This document shows, piece after piece, positions 14,507 to 28,444 of a DNA stretch of 64,000 nt. This DNA comes from Octopus vulgaris (lineage: Eukaryota): positions 51,770,001 to 51,834,000 of the forward strand of contig OX597822.1 of the NCBI GenBank assembly GCA_951406725.2. Reading direction: 5' to 3'. The position numbers were made by a program, and so were the translations under genes. The notes beneath the pieces were generated by a model. The model worked only from the letters and a program-made list of their open reading frames with translations, was not told where the DNA came from and did no database searches. The first letter of the stretch is position 1. Every line of letters starts with the position of its first letter.

Positions 14507-14740
14507 ATGCCCAGGCCAGCCAAGAGAATGTCTCTGTCCATGGAAAGAGAGACAGCTGCAGAAAGGGAAGCTTACCGAGAAATGAACAGACTGTGCACTA
14601 CAAAAAGCCAGAGCATCTCAAAGTGATGAACAGAGGAGGTATGCACGACTGACAAGGAATAGTATCTCCACTGCGAAGCAGCTTTCAATTATGACCCAGC
14701 AGTTCATTATACAGATGACACTAGATTTTCTATGGCGGTG
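14507..14740 (+). mobile_element. Helitron Rep/helicase N-terminal relic
   Basis: MPRPAKRMSLSMERETAAEREAYREMNRL...EAAFNYDPAVHYTDD. A charged repeat followed by AFxYDP is characteristic of the region preceding the Helitron zinc-finger/Rep domain. Contains stops. Confidence 0.55.
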
Positions 14741-15953
14741 GCTGTGTGACAATTGGGCTACCATATCTCGGAATTCGCTTAGCCTTTGTTCTACATGACA
14801 ATGTTAAAGCCAAAGAGTGACTATTTTGGCTGATCATACCAATCATATGTTACAAGCATTTTCTCTGATGGTTATCTCTGATGGTTTCTCTGTTGAATAC
14901 ATCCCAGCTAATTGCTCAATTATTGTTGTCATATATCAATTGCGACAGCATTTTCTATCTGTGTATGGTTAGTATGGAATACAAGCTAATTACGAAGTCA
15001 AACGAGGTAAAAGTGAGTACGCTTTTAACACTCTCGCTCTCGTCCCTGTTGCTGGGCAATTGTCTCTTGCTGATATATTTGAGTTTCCAAATAGAGTACA
15101 CGTCCATAACAGATGCATTCTCCGGAAGATTACTGCAGCGGATTTACAAGGCTTTTGTGTGAATCATGCTGCCTCTAAAGAAAGCGAGTTGTCTGCCCAA
15201 TTAACGTTGAGTTTCTTACAAAATCTTCGTATGTACAAATCAATAATATGTTTCAGAAAGTCAGATAAACATGTGTTTCTATATTCATCACATCAGAATT
15301 TCAACAGATCGAAAATATCCAAGAAAATGTTTTTGCATTCCCAGTATCAACATTAAGCATAATACACAGATGATTACACGCGCGCGCACATACACAAAGA
15401 TATATATATATATATAGTTTTAGTTCTTACACAACTAGACTCAACACTACCTAAACATGTTATTATATTTCAGCTTTCATAATCATTTGCTGAATATCAG
15501 AACGAATTATGTAACACAGACTCCATATAGTCTCCTGTAGCAACATAATTTTCTTCTGATACTACATTTCTGATGTATTCTTCTTTTTGCACTGAGGAGA
15601 ATAGTAATACGTAATTAAATCTATTTAACTACAATTATAATTAATTTAGTTTTTTCCATGTTTCTTATATGTTGCTGTTACCATCTGAAACGATCGCATG
15701 CATGTATTAAAATTTTATAAAACTTTTAACTTCTTCTCTTCTCCGCCTTTATTTGTTTGTTGAGTTTATATAGGATACGTGCTCTATAAAATCTCATAAC
15801 ACACCTTATACTTGTAATATTTTCATACTTTAAAAATACTTACAATAATAAGCCAGCAATTTAATATGAAGAATCTCTATTAGAAATCTAACTTTGGAAC
15901 CCCACCCACCAAATTAAAAGGATAAAAGTGAACTCAGCCTTTCTCATATATAC

Positions 15954-16036
<83 letters not shown>

Positions 16037-16182
16037 GTGACGTATTTTTGCCATTTCAATATGGCTAACCCCTAAGGGTGGATGCTACTGTAGTTTTTAG
16101 CATCATTATATATATATATAAATATATATATATACATATAAAAGGATGAAATTAAAAGGATAAATTAAAAGTTTCTCATATA

Positions 16183-16267
<85 letters not shown>

Positions 16268-16374
16268 GTTTGTATGTAAGGTCATTGCTGGCATTTAGCC
16301 ACAGTGATTTAAACAATTACAGAGATATATCTGCATTGCAAGTAACTTGATCTGAGATCGTGTGCTGAAACAAA

Positions 16375-16643
16375 AACAATTGCAGCATAGAAGATGCTTT
16401 TAAGCCATTCAAGAACACACAAAATGTTAGTCTCACTTCAACATTTAAATTTCTTTTGTGTCAAAATATTTTCGTCGCTTTGAAACCGCGACCTGTTCAC
16501 TGACAAAACTTCACAAAAATGGTGCAGCACGGTGTTTTGTTAGCGAACGCGTTGCGGTTTCAAAGTACATTTCCATTTGAAGTAAAGCTAACATTTTGCG
16601 TGTTCTTGAATGGCTTACAAGCATCTCCAACGCTACAAATGTT
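16375..16643. repeat. imperfect fold-back (MITE-like) inverted repeat
   Basis: AGATGCTTTTAAGCCATTCAAGAACACACAAAATGTTAG pairs with CTAACATTTTGCGTGTTCTTGAATGGCTTACAAGCATCT. Inner arms CTTTGAAACCGC and GCGGTTTCAAAG also pair. Confidence 0.85.
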
Positions 16644-17374
16644 GTTAGGATTATGTAAACGATAATGTGTTGCTAACTGATGTCATTTTTTCGAAACTGA
16701 CGTGCAGAATAGGTTTTCCTGTTGTTTTGAACCTGGTGAAAATAGAGCTCACATCCTGGTTCATGATGTAGATATTTCTTAGTACAAACTCATACAATGT
16801 CTCGGGACATTTGTCGTGCATCTATTGTTTATTCTTGTAATTATGTGTAATCAGTTGTTTCAATGGTAATCAGAAAACAAATCTATTCTTTGGACAGTAA
16901 ATCCGATGTTTGAAATAACCTAGCAGATTTTAAGTAGACGCAGGTCATATCTGTCTTCTTCCATCTTAATGGCAAACAGCCACAACCAAAAGCTACTTCA
17001 TTAATCAACATCGGTTGCGCATTATTCAACAATAAACGTATCTGCAGTGAGAACATGAAAAGTGGGATATTAGTGGTACATTCGGATACAATGAATCTCT
17101 TGTCAGAAATCAGAGGCCAGCAAGTAATAGTAGAGTAAAATTGGATTTGAAGACTTACTTATAAGGCAAGGAGTAGTCTTCGACTCCCAACAGGGGGCTA
17201 ACTTCTCAGAAACAACGTTTTCGCTCACATAACTCCATATATCTTCATACATTCTTCTGTGTGCTTTAATAGTTACTCTCATCCTAAACTAATCTCATGT
17301 AAGAATAGTAGAGTACGCCCACGAATACTCACACAACCAAATATAAAATATGCATATATATATACATACATACA

Positions 17375-17425
<51 letters not shown>

Positions 17426-17474
17426 AGAGAGAGAGAGGCGCATATATATATATACATACAAATATACATATGTT

Positions 17475-17512
<38 letters not shown>

Positions 17513-17601
17513 CACAAATGCATATATATATTTACACACATTTGTGTATATGTGTATATATACACATAAAACATACGTGTATTTGTGTATATATATATGC
17601 T

Positions 17602-17648
<47 letters not shown>

Positions 17649-18504
17649 GCTTGTATATATGTATATATATATATTTGGTTGTGTGTGTATATATACATAC
17701 ATACATACTTCGCCACATTTTACTTCATCCTTGAATCCGTGTATCTTCTAAGATATTTTACCGGGAGAAAAAGTTGACTTTCATCCACTACAGATCGATA
17801 TATTATATATCAATCACGAAGCAAGTTTGATTCTATCGGATATGAAACGCTGCTGCTAATACATAGAATTTACCAAATACGTATTCTGAATACCATCCAG
17901 TGTGATCTTTTGAAAATTGGATCTTTCGATTTTTCTGTACATTGCTGTAAGCAATACATGTTTTAATTATTCAAGATCTTTTAACTTTTGCAATTGAATT
18001 CCTAACTTAAAGTATCGTTTTATTTTCTATTGCGATGTATAGAAATTGCATGCGAGACATGTCGAACAAAGATATAAAGATGAAGATCAAGATAAAGAAA
18101 TGCCCAAGAAAGGTCACAGAATCGGACCTTTAATTTTTATGAGTCTCAGTGATGTTATTGCTGATTCTTAGAATACGCAAGAAAGGATATATATATATAT
18201 ATATATATATATATGGGAAAACGTAGGAATGAAAAAAAAATCATCGCTAGGATAAACGGTAAAAGAAGGAATAACATGGTGGTCAGGCAAAAATTAACAT
18301 ACTGGTGCAGAGGTGGAGAACGAGGGGAGATGGGGGAGGGGATGGTAGAGGAGGGAGGGGTGTTAGAGGAGGAAGAGAGAATAGCATACATATCTTATAT
18401 ACATGAGCAAAACGAATTCTTACTAATAATAAATACGCATTTATATCAGAATATCTATCTATTTCTGTATGTTTGAGTATATAAATAAATATACATACAT
18501 ACAA

Positions 18505-18730
18505 GTGGGGGCTAGATAGAGAATAACAAGGTGTGGGGCTCTATTATTTGTACTTTGAGAATGTGTTACATAATCGGTGTTTATAATTGTAAATTAGACT
18601 GTTTTGTGTGTGTGTGTGTATATATATATATACAAAATAAATCTAATTTTTAATGATAAACACCGATTATGTAACACATTCTCAAAGTACAAATATTAGA
18701 GCCCGACTCCTTGTTATTTTTAACCCCCCA
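18505..18730. repeat. inverted repeat of about 100 bp around a (TG)n(TA)n spacer
   Basis: TTTGTACTTTGAGAATGTGTTACATAATCGGTGTTTAT is the exact reverse complement of ATAAACACCGATTATGTAACACATTCTCAAAGTACAAA. Confidence 0.92.
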
Positions 18731-18949
18731 CACCCACACACTTACAGCTCTTCTATGTATTTATAACAGACATTTTAACTACCTCTATATTTTTTCTTAA
18801 CCTCGTGATCCCCCTACATCTTCCATCTGCACATGAGCATGTACAGGCGCTTACTCACGTATAACTACCGAATGGACACTATAAGCTCACAGGGAAAATA
18901 TGCGCATGTGCGTTAATAGTTGTATGCATAATTTTACTGTTGAAAAAAA

Positions 18950-19900
18950 CACCAGTTTGCCACGAACTACTATGTTGCCCCATTGACCAGAAACTTTTCT
19001 TTCGACCTCCCTCTCTTCTAACAAATTTCAGCTTACAGCCACTTAAATTTTCTCTTTCCCTTCTGGCAATTTTACCTATAAAATTCATCCTATGTATTTT
19101 CTCTGAACCTATCTAAATGTATATACAATATATTTATTTACAGTTGATATACTAAATGACCCTACCTTTCTTCTTTTCTTTATTCTATATCCCATATCTC
19201 ATTTCTTCGTATATGTTTTACTTTTTGGTTCTCTTACTCCATGGTTTCCACACATTTTCAATCAAAGGTCCTGCGAGGTAACTTGGGATTCCTTGACGAC
19301 AAAGTATACTCCATCTAACTATGGTATCTTCGACCAGATGAGTAGCTAGTGGATTACCATTTTTTAGTAATTATTACTTCCGCGGTTCTGCTTGATAGGA
19401 GACATGTATAGTCTAGGTTTTATCTGTTCTATTCTCTCAATTTGGATTTTATATACATATATAACAAATCATATGGTTTATACTTGGTAGCTTACCGGCA
19501 AAGCAAGTTCACTTTCACAGTGTTCGATATATATTTGGTTAGTGAGAGAGACGAAAGATATGAGAACTTTTCTTAATCACTACAAATGTTTCGATCCATC
19601 TAGCTTCGATTCCTCACAGGTGAGATACTTTCCAACTGGTTTATGAGCATCCGAGCTGTGTCTTGTCGGGTGATAAAGAGCTATAACTCGTCTATGTACG
19701 AGATATATAGGTCCTCCCCTTGTATGTACGGTACATTTATATTCAAGACTTGTACTCATGCAGAGGTTCATCAATAGGCATCTTGATCTTTCTTTGACTG
19801 CCTTTTCCTACAACTTTTATTGCGATATTACAACCAGCTACTTTGCTTATTGCAAATCAGTGACCGATGATTCCTTTGTTCTCTATAAATTGCTTGCTGG
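18950..19900 (-). mobile_element. Penelope-like element relic (RT plus GIY-YIG)
   Basis: Minus-strand fragments in the expected order: YISYIDE (YxRYIDD), HKPVGKYL (YRKPT.TG.YL), LLKNGNP (L.KNGYP), HLVYQL (VVY of GIY-YIG). The 3' side leads into the 18505-18730 palindrome. Confidence 0.5.
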
Positions 19901-22900
19901 AGCGAATTGTGGCCATCTCTTTTGCGAGTGGGTGTTCACGACTAAGGAGGAGCAAAACTAGCTCGAAACCGAGTCGGTCTCACGATACCGTCGTCTGCTG
20001 CAGCGTAGTAGGGGTTCACTCCTCTGCTTGCAATATATACAGGATGCAAGCTGCACATATAACCAGCTGGCAGATTATCAACCTGAGGTTAAAATAGCCG
20101 TAATGTTTAATAGCCATATTGGTATGATCATTAACTATACTTGATAATATAGTTAGTACTCTCATCACACACACATATAGTGTAAGAATGTACGACTTAA
20201 TGCTAGTTTGATATTGAGTCATTCCAACATATCAAGCACATATATTTAGTAATTTTTAAGATGGTTTTTTTTTACATGCACTGTAGTTTGAAACAGCTGT
20301 ACTGAAACAATAGTGACAAACAATGAAATTATGCATGTTATGTTAAATTCATTTTAACACAACATGCATAAATTCATTATACGATTTCTTATATATATTA
20401 TTTATTTATATTGATGCGTACCTACATATTTATAAGTTTATGCTTCTATATATATCTCAAAAGATACTACTCAAAAGATACTCAAAATATACATCAACCA
20501 TCAAACAATATGCATTCAACGCAATTAAGAACTCTTTTAATCGTTAAATTCCAGTACTTTATAACATTGCATTAAATTCAGTGAAAGAAGTTTGCAGATA
20601 TACACATAATCGGCTAAAGTGATTCTTCAGAGTAACGAATATTTGGAATGAACGACAAAAATCATAAATGTCAAAAATAGAGCATATGTAATTTAATTAC
20701 TTTCACCATCTAGTCCATTAAGAAAAAGCATAATCACCTCCATAATTGAATAATCAAGGAACATATTTAATAAAAATAAATTCAGATTACCTCAATCTAA
20801 TGCAGTACTTATTCAGAACTCCGCTGTGATGCCGTTTCGAACTCTTGTTTCATATTTTAAAATTCGTTATCTTCTATTACCCGACCCACATTGGGGATAT
20901 TTTTCTTGCTCCATATATCATTCCAAATTTTTCAAATCTTCTGCCCATCCGGTACTTCATCGTTATGTTCTTCAACTCACTTCAGTTTTTCAAACCATCA
21001 CTTCTGACTATTTTCAAACAACTTTTTTTGCTGATACTGAACTATTCTGTTCTCAACATGTATCTCGGCTACCTTCGATATCACCCTTTGCTTCACTTCG
21101 TTCATTACAGCATTTACACTCCTCTTTCATTTATTCACATTGTAAATATTTCTGAGGTTTTCAAAACTCTTTCCTTAACATACCTTTTTTACGTGGCAAT
21201 TTTTGACTCACTTCCCTTTCTAAACTCTTAATGTCCTCTTATAAAAGTCTCTTCCACCAATGTATATGCATGTCGGAATCTGAGCTGACTTGTAACCAAC
21301 ATCTGTTACCAGCAGCCCTGCTATAGCCATGGGTATGTCATTTACTCCCATCCCACCCCATCTGAGCAAAGAGTGACACGTATTCTATATCACAATCAGT
21401 TTCTTTCAGCGTTTGTTTATCGTCTTACCAAACTGGACTCTTTGCCAGCCTGACATTATTATTTTGTTTAACTTGTTCTTATATACTGTTGTGTCTGGGG
21501 AGATTCATTCTCTTTTAGTGCCTTATTATTTAACACACTCACCGGTAAAATTTCCACTTATTTCTTATTTTTATTTTCTAAAATTTTCGTTGCGTCTTGC
21601 AACCTTTTCAATAGTCTTGACTCTATACGTTATTTACACTGCGTTCCCTTTTGTTTGTTTGTGCGCATGTGTGGGGGTTAGTGTGTGTGTGTGCCTATAA
21701 TGCATACATGTACGTATGTATGTGTGTGTGTGTTTGCATGTGTATGTATGTATATATGTGTGTATGCATATGTATGTATGTGTGTGCATCTTTATGTACG
21801 TATCCTGCATATTTATGTGCTCGCCTGTCCGTGTTTGTGTATTTTCTATGTATGTGTGTGTGTGTGTGAGCATGTGTTTGTATATGTATGCACCTCTGTC
21901 TCCTTGTGTGTGCATATCTGTGTGTGTGTGTGTGTGTGTTATGTAACTATGTACCATGTTTGTATGTATAGATGTGCATCTCTATATGTGTGGATCCGTG
22001 TCTCCATATGTGTCTGTTCTTGTAACCTATGTACCTATCCGTATGTTGATCTGTTCTTATATCTTCTCCATTAATTCGATCTTGTTTTCGCTACAACTAT
22101 TCTGTCTCCTACACGGTTCATAGAGTCAGAATGATGTGTTTGCTCAATAGTCCATGGATACCCAAGTTACTTAGTGAAACAATGATACATATTACAAGTC
22201 GTATAGACTTGCAAATCTGTTGGCTATGGTATATAGGAACGCACACACACACTCACACGCACTCAAAAACACAGACACACACACTCACTCACTCACTCTC
22301 ACACACACACATTTCATTGCTCTGTTTTTTTTTTATTTTCTTAACTGTTGTATACTCATTCCTATATAACTAATTTATGAATACTTTAGTGTCATTAACA
22401 ACCACCTCACTGCCTTTTTATTATTAGGCTTTAGTTAGCACGATCGCTACATTGCTTGTATTTAACCATTTTCTGTCTGTGTTTCGTCTCACATCGTTTA
22501 ACGTTTGGATTTTATGCTTTTATTTTAGCTATTTGGTCCGCCTACAGGACTTCACTCCGGATTTATTTGAAGGTTGTCTCCTTTCCATAATCCTGAATAG
22601 GGATCCATACCGGGTACTGTCAGCTGGAGCCAACTGATCCCGGGACTCGTATCAGGCAGGGTCGTCACTCCCTGAAGTAGTGAAGAAAATCGCTACCCAC
22701 TACCTAAGTACCATTAGCTATTATGTATGTATGTATATATATATATATATATCTTTCTAATACCATTAGCTAATATATATGTGCACCTGTGCGCCGGCAC
22801 ACATATTCACATGCATGCACACGCTCATATATATGTATGCACGTCTATGATGAATAGATAATATGCATGCAATAAATGAAAATGGGTTAAAGTTTTAACC

Positions 22901-23039
22901 ATTTTATCTCACAACCTTCAGATACACATGCACATAAATTGAACAATCTTACCCTATCTGAGTTATAAATTTGGACTGAAAAGAAAAACAAATATTGTGT
23001 ACATGCGTGCATATAGCTATATAAGTGCAGGTACAGATA

Positions 23040-24111
23040 TACGAGGGGAAGTCAAAAGTTATCCGCACTTTCGCCATAACATATTTTATTATTGTCGCAC
23101 TGCCTTCTGCGCGTGCGTGCTTATAGTTGATAATATTGTGATCACATGACCAAAGTTGCAGCCAGATCGCGCCATTTTTGTTTCTGGTTTTACATGGCCG
23201 ATGCACTAGTAATGTGCACCAAAGTAGAACAAAGAGCGATGATTCCATTTCTCTGGAAAAGGGGCGAACGACCAAAAATGCAATATACAGTGTTTTACTG
23301 GCCATCAAACTGAAGCCAGCAATTTGCACCAAAAGGCGAAGACTACTGCCGAAGAAAGTTTTGTTGTAGCATGACAATGCATGCTCATATATGGCCACCC
23401 GGGCGTTGAAACCGTTAATCAATTGGGTTTTGAGGTGCTGGAAGAATCTGCCTACAGCCTATATCTCGTTCCTTCCGACTATCATTTCTTTGGACCACTC
23501 AAAGATGACTTACGAGGTCGTCGATTTCCTACAGATGAAGGTGTGAAGGAAGCGGTGCATAAATGGTTACACGACCAACCGAAAACATTCTTCTTGGGAG
23601 GAAGACGCAAGCTTGTGGACCACTGGGACAAATGCATCGAAAAGGAAAGGCGACTATATAGAAAAAAAGATGCACTTGTTTATCTCCTGCTTTTGTGTAA
23701 ATACGCCGCCGCCGTAGTGATCTCATTCTCGCCCACAACATCATAAGCGGAAAGTGTAACCTCTCGAAAGAGCTGTTCTTCACTCCTGCTCCAGAGCGTC
23801 GGCTGCGGGGTCATTCCGAAAAGCTCTACCTGCGACGATTTCATCTCAATCGAAGGAGAGGAGCTTTCTTCGTCCGGGTTGCGGATCCGTGGAACAAGCT
23901 GCCAGACGAGATGGTGAAGATGCCGACGACCGCTTTGTTCAAAGCCTCCCTTGACCTCAAGTGGCCTGAACTCTTTACATGAACACCACCCTGTACTTAA
24001 CTCCATGTCCCCCTACATGGCCTTGCTATTTGCTTTTGAGCCAAATTAACTAACTAACTAACTAACATTGAACAAAGTAGAGTGTGTATAATTTTTTGAC
24101 TCACCATCGTA
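23040..24111 (+). mobile_element. internally deleted mariner with both ITRs and TA target duplications, interrupted by a CR1 insertion
   Basis: Left TA-CGAGGGGAAGTCAAAAGTTATCCGCACT; right end is the reverse complement of TA-CGATGGTGAGTCAAAAAATTATACACACT. Transposase motifs KVEQRAMI.FL, VLL*HDNA, AYSLYLVPSDYHFFGPLKDDLRGRRF and LVDHWDKCIEK. Confidence 0.93.
23703..24066 (+). mobile_element. 5'-truncated CR1-clade LINE with (CTAA)n tail
   Basis: Open frame 23704-23982: RRRRSDLILAHNIISGKCNLSKELFFTPAPERRLRGHSEKLYLRRFHLNRRRGAFFVRVADPWNKLPDEMVKMPTTALFKASLDLKWPELFT*. Short UTR and a tandem TAAC tail follow. Confidence 0.92.
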
Positions 24112-24114
24112 TGT

Positions 24115-24151
<37 letters not shown>

Positions 24152-24387
24152 TGTCTGTGAATGTGTGAGCAACGTGTGAGTATGCATGCATATGTACAAG
24201 CTGTATGCAGGTGTTTGTATGTACTTGTAAGTGTATTCTCGCAAAAATACGTATGAGTTGAATGTGAATATTTCTCCAATTATGTAACTCATCTTGCATT
24301 TTCTCATAAAATATATTCATTTCCCAGTAGCGACTTAATGAATATATTCGACTTGTGTTTCATATATGTGTGTGCTTGTGTGTATGC

Positions 24388-24436
<49 letters not shown>

Positions 24437-24917
24437 TGTGTACATATATATATGTTTCTTTTTCATCTCCTGAACTTCAGTACATATCGTGATTCTTTTT
24501 GCAAGTTCTTTTATTCAATTCTAATACGTCTATTTCATTTTAAAGTCTCCTTTTTTAGTTATAACGTTAATATTTTATAATCATTCAATCATGACACGAT
24601 GTGCTAATATTACTTTATGTCATAATTTTCCAACCAAAATATAATTCAATTTCCAATCCCTGTTCTCTGCGCATGAAGCATTTCTTACCCAATCAGAATC
24701 GGAAGACATTATTCGCAATCTCTTTTGGAGCTGACGAATAAACATGAACTCCAACAGTGTCAAAAGTTTTGGAAAACTACTGTGGGGTTTTCACCTCTAA
24801 ACTATAAGTTCTCCATTAAATACTCTCTCATAATTGCACTTGTTGTACTTATTGACATGTTCATACCTTTTGGTTGCGTTTTGCATTGCTATATATCTCT
24901 GCGAACACACATTCGCA

Positions 24918-24954
<37 letters not shown>

Positions 24955-24981
24955 TTTATTTAAAAGCAGCAGAAATTCAAC

Positions 24982-25028
24982 AAAACCTGTTACTCGGAGT
25001 TTCACGTTCCCGTTCGTCGGACAGTTTT
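24982..25028 (-). ncRNA. minimal type-I hammerhead ribozyme motif (CCGACGA core variant)
   Basis: Minus strand AAAACTGT-CCGACGA-ACG GGAA CGT-GAAA-CTCCGAG-TA-ACAGGTTTT. Stems I, II and III all pair; GUA cleavage triplet. Confidence 0.75.
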
Positions 25029-25124
25029 GTTAAAAGCATATTACTCTACCCCTGGTATTTGAGTACTCTTTTTTTCCACCTTGTTTCACATTTATGTGTT
25101 TACTCCGGTTATATATGAACGATA

Positions 25125-25426
25125 AACGTCCCCCTTTTCAAGCCTAGCCAGTCTCATGGGCCCGCTTTACCTGTTTCTATGGCGTATGTGTTCTCCCAGC
25201 TGGACGGGACGCCAGTCCATCGCAGCGTTACTCAAGAAAGAGGAAGAAAGAGTGAAAGCAAGTTGTGGTGAAAAAGTACAACAGGGTCGCCAACACCCCT
25301 ACCGGATCCTTGTGGAGCTTTTAGGTGTTTTCGCTCAATAAACACACACAGCGCCCGGTCTGGGAATCGAAACCGCGATCCTCCGACCGCGAGTCTGCTG
25401 CCCTAACCACTGGGCCATTGCGCCTT
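25125..25426 (-). mobile_element. tRNA-derived SINE family B (near full length)
   Basis: Minus strand AGGCGCAATGGCCCAGTGGTTAGGGCAGCAGACTCGCGGTCGGAGGATCGCGGTTTCGATTCCCAGACC carries Pol III A and B boxes, followed by a non-tRNA body including CTGCGATGGACTGGCGTCCCGTCCAG. Confidence 0.85.
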
Positions 25427-25625
25427 GATATATATATATATATATATATCCCTCCTCCTCCTCCTTCTTCTTCTTCCCGACCAAGAATTCACATGGACCT
25501 TAAACCCACAAGAGTAAACAAGAGAGACAGAGAAAGGAAAATGCCACTTATATTTGAACACTATACAAATATTCTTTTAAAAGAACTTTTCTTTTAATTT
25601 TTCTAAATTTAATTATTTAATCGTT

Positions 25626-25662
25626 ACAGTTGAAAAGGTCTCAAATGACCGAAACCGGTACT
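25626..25662 (+). ncRNA. degenerate minimal hammerhead motif
   Basis: AG-TTGAAAA-GGTC TCAAAT GACC-GAAA-CCGG-TA-CT. Stem II and the palindromic stem III (ACCGGT) are intact; the core has two changes from CTGAAGA. Confidence 0.55.
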
Positions 25663-25812
25663 AAAATGTTCTTTATAAAATTATTTTAGCATTTTCTATC
25701 TTGACTTGTTTTTTCATATATATCAACTCGTGTGTCCCTTTTCATGCTTATACATATATATATATATATGTATATATATGTAAATTAATATGATACCATT
25801 ATTCAATAGCCA

Positions 25813-25875
25813 AGATAAAACTCTGAGTTTCGGATGCCGAAGTGGAAATCCACAACACCATCTCTTCGGTTATCT
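25813..25875 (-). ncRNA. hammerhead ribozyme motif (CCGAAGA core variant)
   Basis: Minus strand AGATAA-CCGAAGA-GATGGTGTTGTGGATTTCCACTTCGGCATCC-GAAA-CTCAGAG-TT-TTATCT. 6-bp stem I, extended stem II, quasi-palindromic stem III. Confidence 0.7.
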
Positions 25876-25884
25876 GGCCATCTG

Positions 25885-25941
25885 AAACCGAAGATGGTGT
25901 TGTGGATTTCACTTCGGCATCCGAAACTCAGAGTTTTATCT
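25885..25941 (+). ncRNA. hammerhead motif, mirror copy with damaged stem I/II
   Basis: CCGAAGA-TGGTGTTGTGGATTTCACTTCGGCATCC-GAAA-CTCAGAG-TT-TTATCT. Confidence 0.55.
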
Positions 25942-26048
25942 TGGCTATTGAATAATGGTAACATATTAAATTACAAATAAATTCGCTCTATTTACATAAT
26001 ATTGAGGTCTCTTTCTTTCTTTTGTTATCTTATCGTTTTTACCAATAT

Positions 26049-26179
<131 letters not shown>

Positions 26180-27139
26180 CACACATATATGAATGTAAAT
26201 ATATACGTGTATATGTACGTGTGTATACATGTGTGTGTTAAGGAAGAAAATGTGTGACTAGAGGAGACCAAAGCAGACATGGATGCACCTATTTTATCGA
26301 AGCTTTTTATTCAAAATCATTTTGAATGTTGGCATCATTTATCTGGAAAACGTTAATGTAACAAATAAAGCATGTGTGTGTAAATAGTGCGAGTGTATGT
26401 ATGTGGGTGTATGCGTGTCTATGTGTTTGTGAGATTATGTATATTTGTGTGTATAGACATTGTTGACTTATATTAAGCAAAAGAGGACCAAAGTATATTT
26501 GCACTGTGCTATATAACAGTTATTATCAACCGTGCATTCCCTTTTACATTACAACTACTTATCTTGACATTATTACTACTCCACTGACTGACTGAAATAT
26601 GATTTATAGTTCAACCTGCATTTTTGATTCTTATGATAAGAATGAAGCTACTCGATTGTCAAAGTATTTTGACATGTTTCCTTGGGGAAATTCTTGATCT
26701 TTTAAGTTCGATGTATAAGAATGCATTTGCCCTTTGTCAAATGTTAAGGGATAATGTTGTTTGTATGTGAGACTGAACTCATTGCAACTTTCGTGTGTTT
26801 GTATGCCGATACGATGTGTATCGGTGTGCTTTCTTTGTATCTATGCAGTTATTAGGACACAAGGTAATATATGACTTGATGGGTCGTATATTTTTGCTTC
26901 AGTATCGTGGAGGTTATTCGTAGCGATAACACAGAATGATTACCCCTATTTCCTGAACATCAGCTCCTCTAGATTTTGAATGTTGATGTTGAATCGTTGA
27001 ATTAGAGGAATTCTTTTTAATTAGTATCATAAATGTTAATGATTCGCATATTTTCCCATGAAATTATGGGGCTGTGCCTTGTTCAACTTGGAGAAGTAAG
27101 AGTAGAAAAGGAAAATGCATGTATGTAATTGCTGGGTTT

Positions 27140-28420
<1,281 letters not shown>

Positions 28421-28444
28421 ATGAATCCTTTTTTCCAAATACAC

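Larger units (their letters stand above)
25779..25975. repeat. near-perfect palindrome of about 195 bp (probable inverted PLE terminal repeat)
   Basis: Arms of about 90 bp are almost exactly complementary around a spacer of about 15 nt. Each arm holds a hammerhead motif. Confidence 0.95.

Noticed and set aside
25350-25426. tRNA gene on the minus strand
   Set aside because: A and B boxes are present, but there is no proper acceptor stem or poly-T terminator and the sequence continues into a SINE body.
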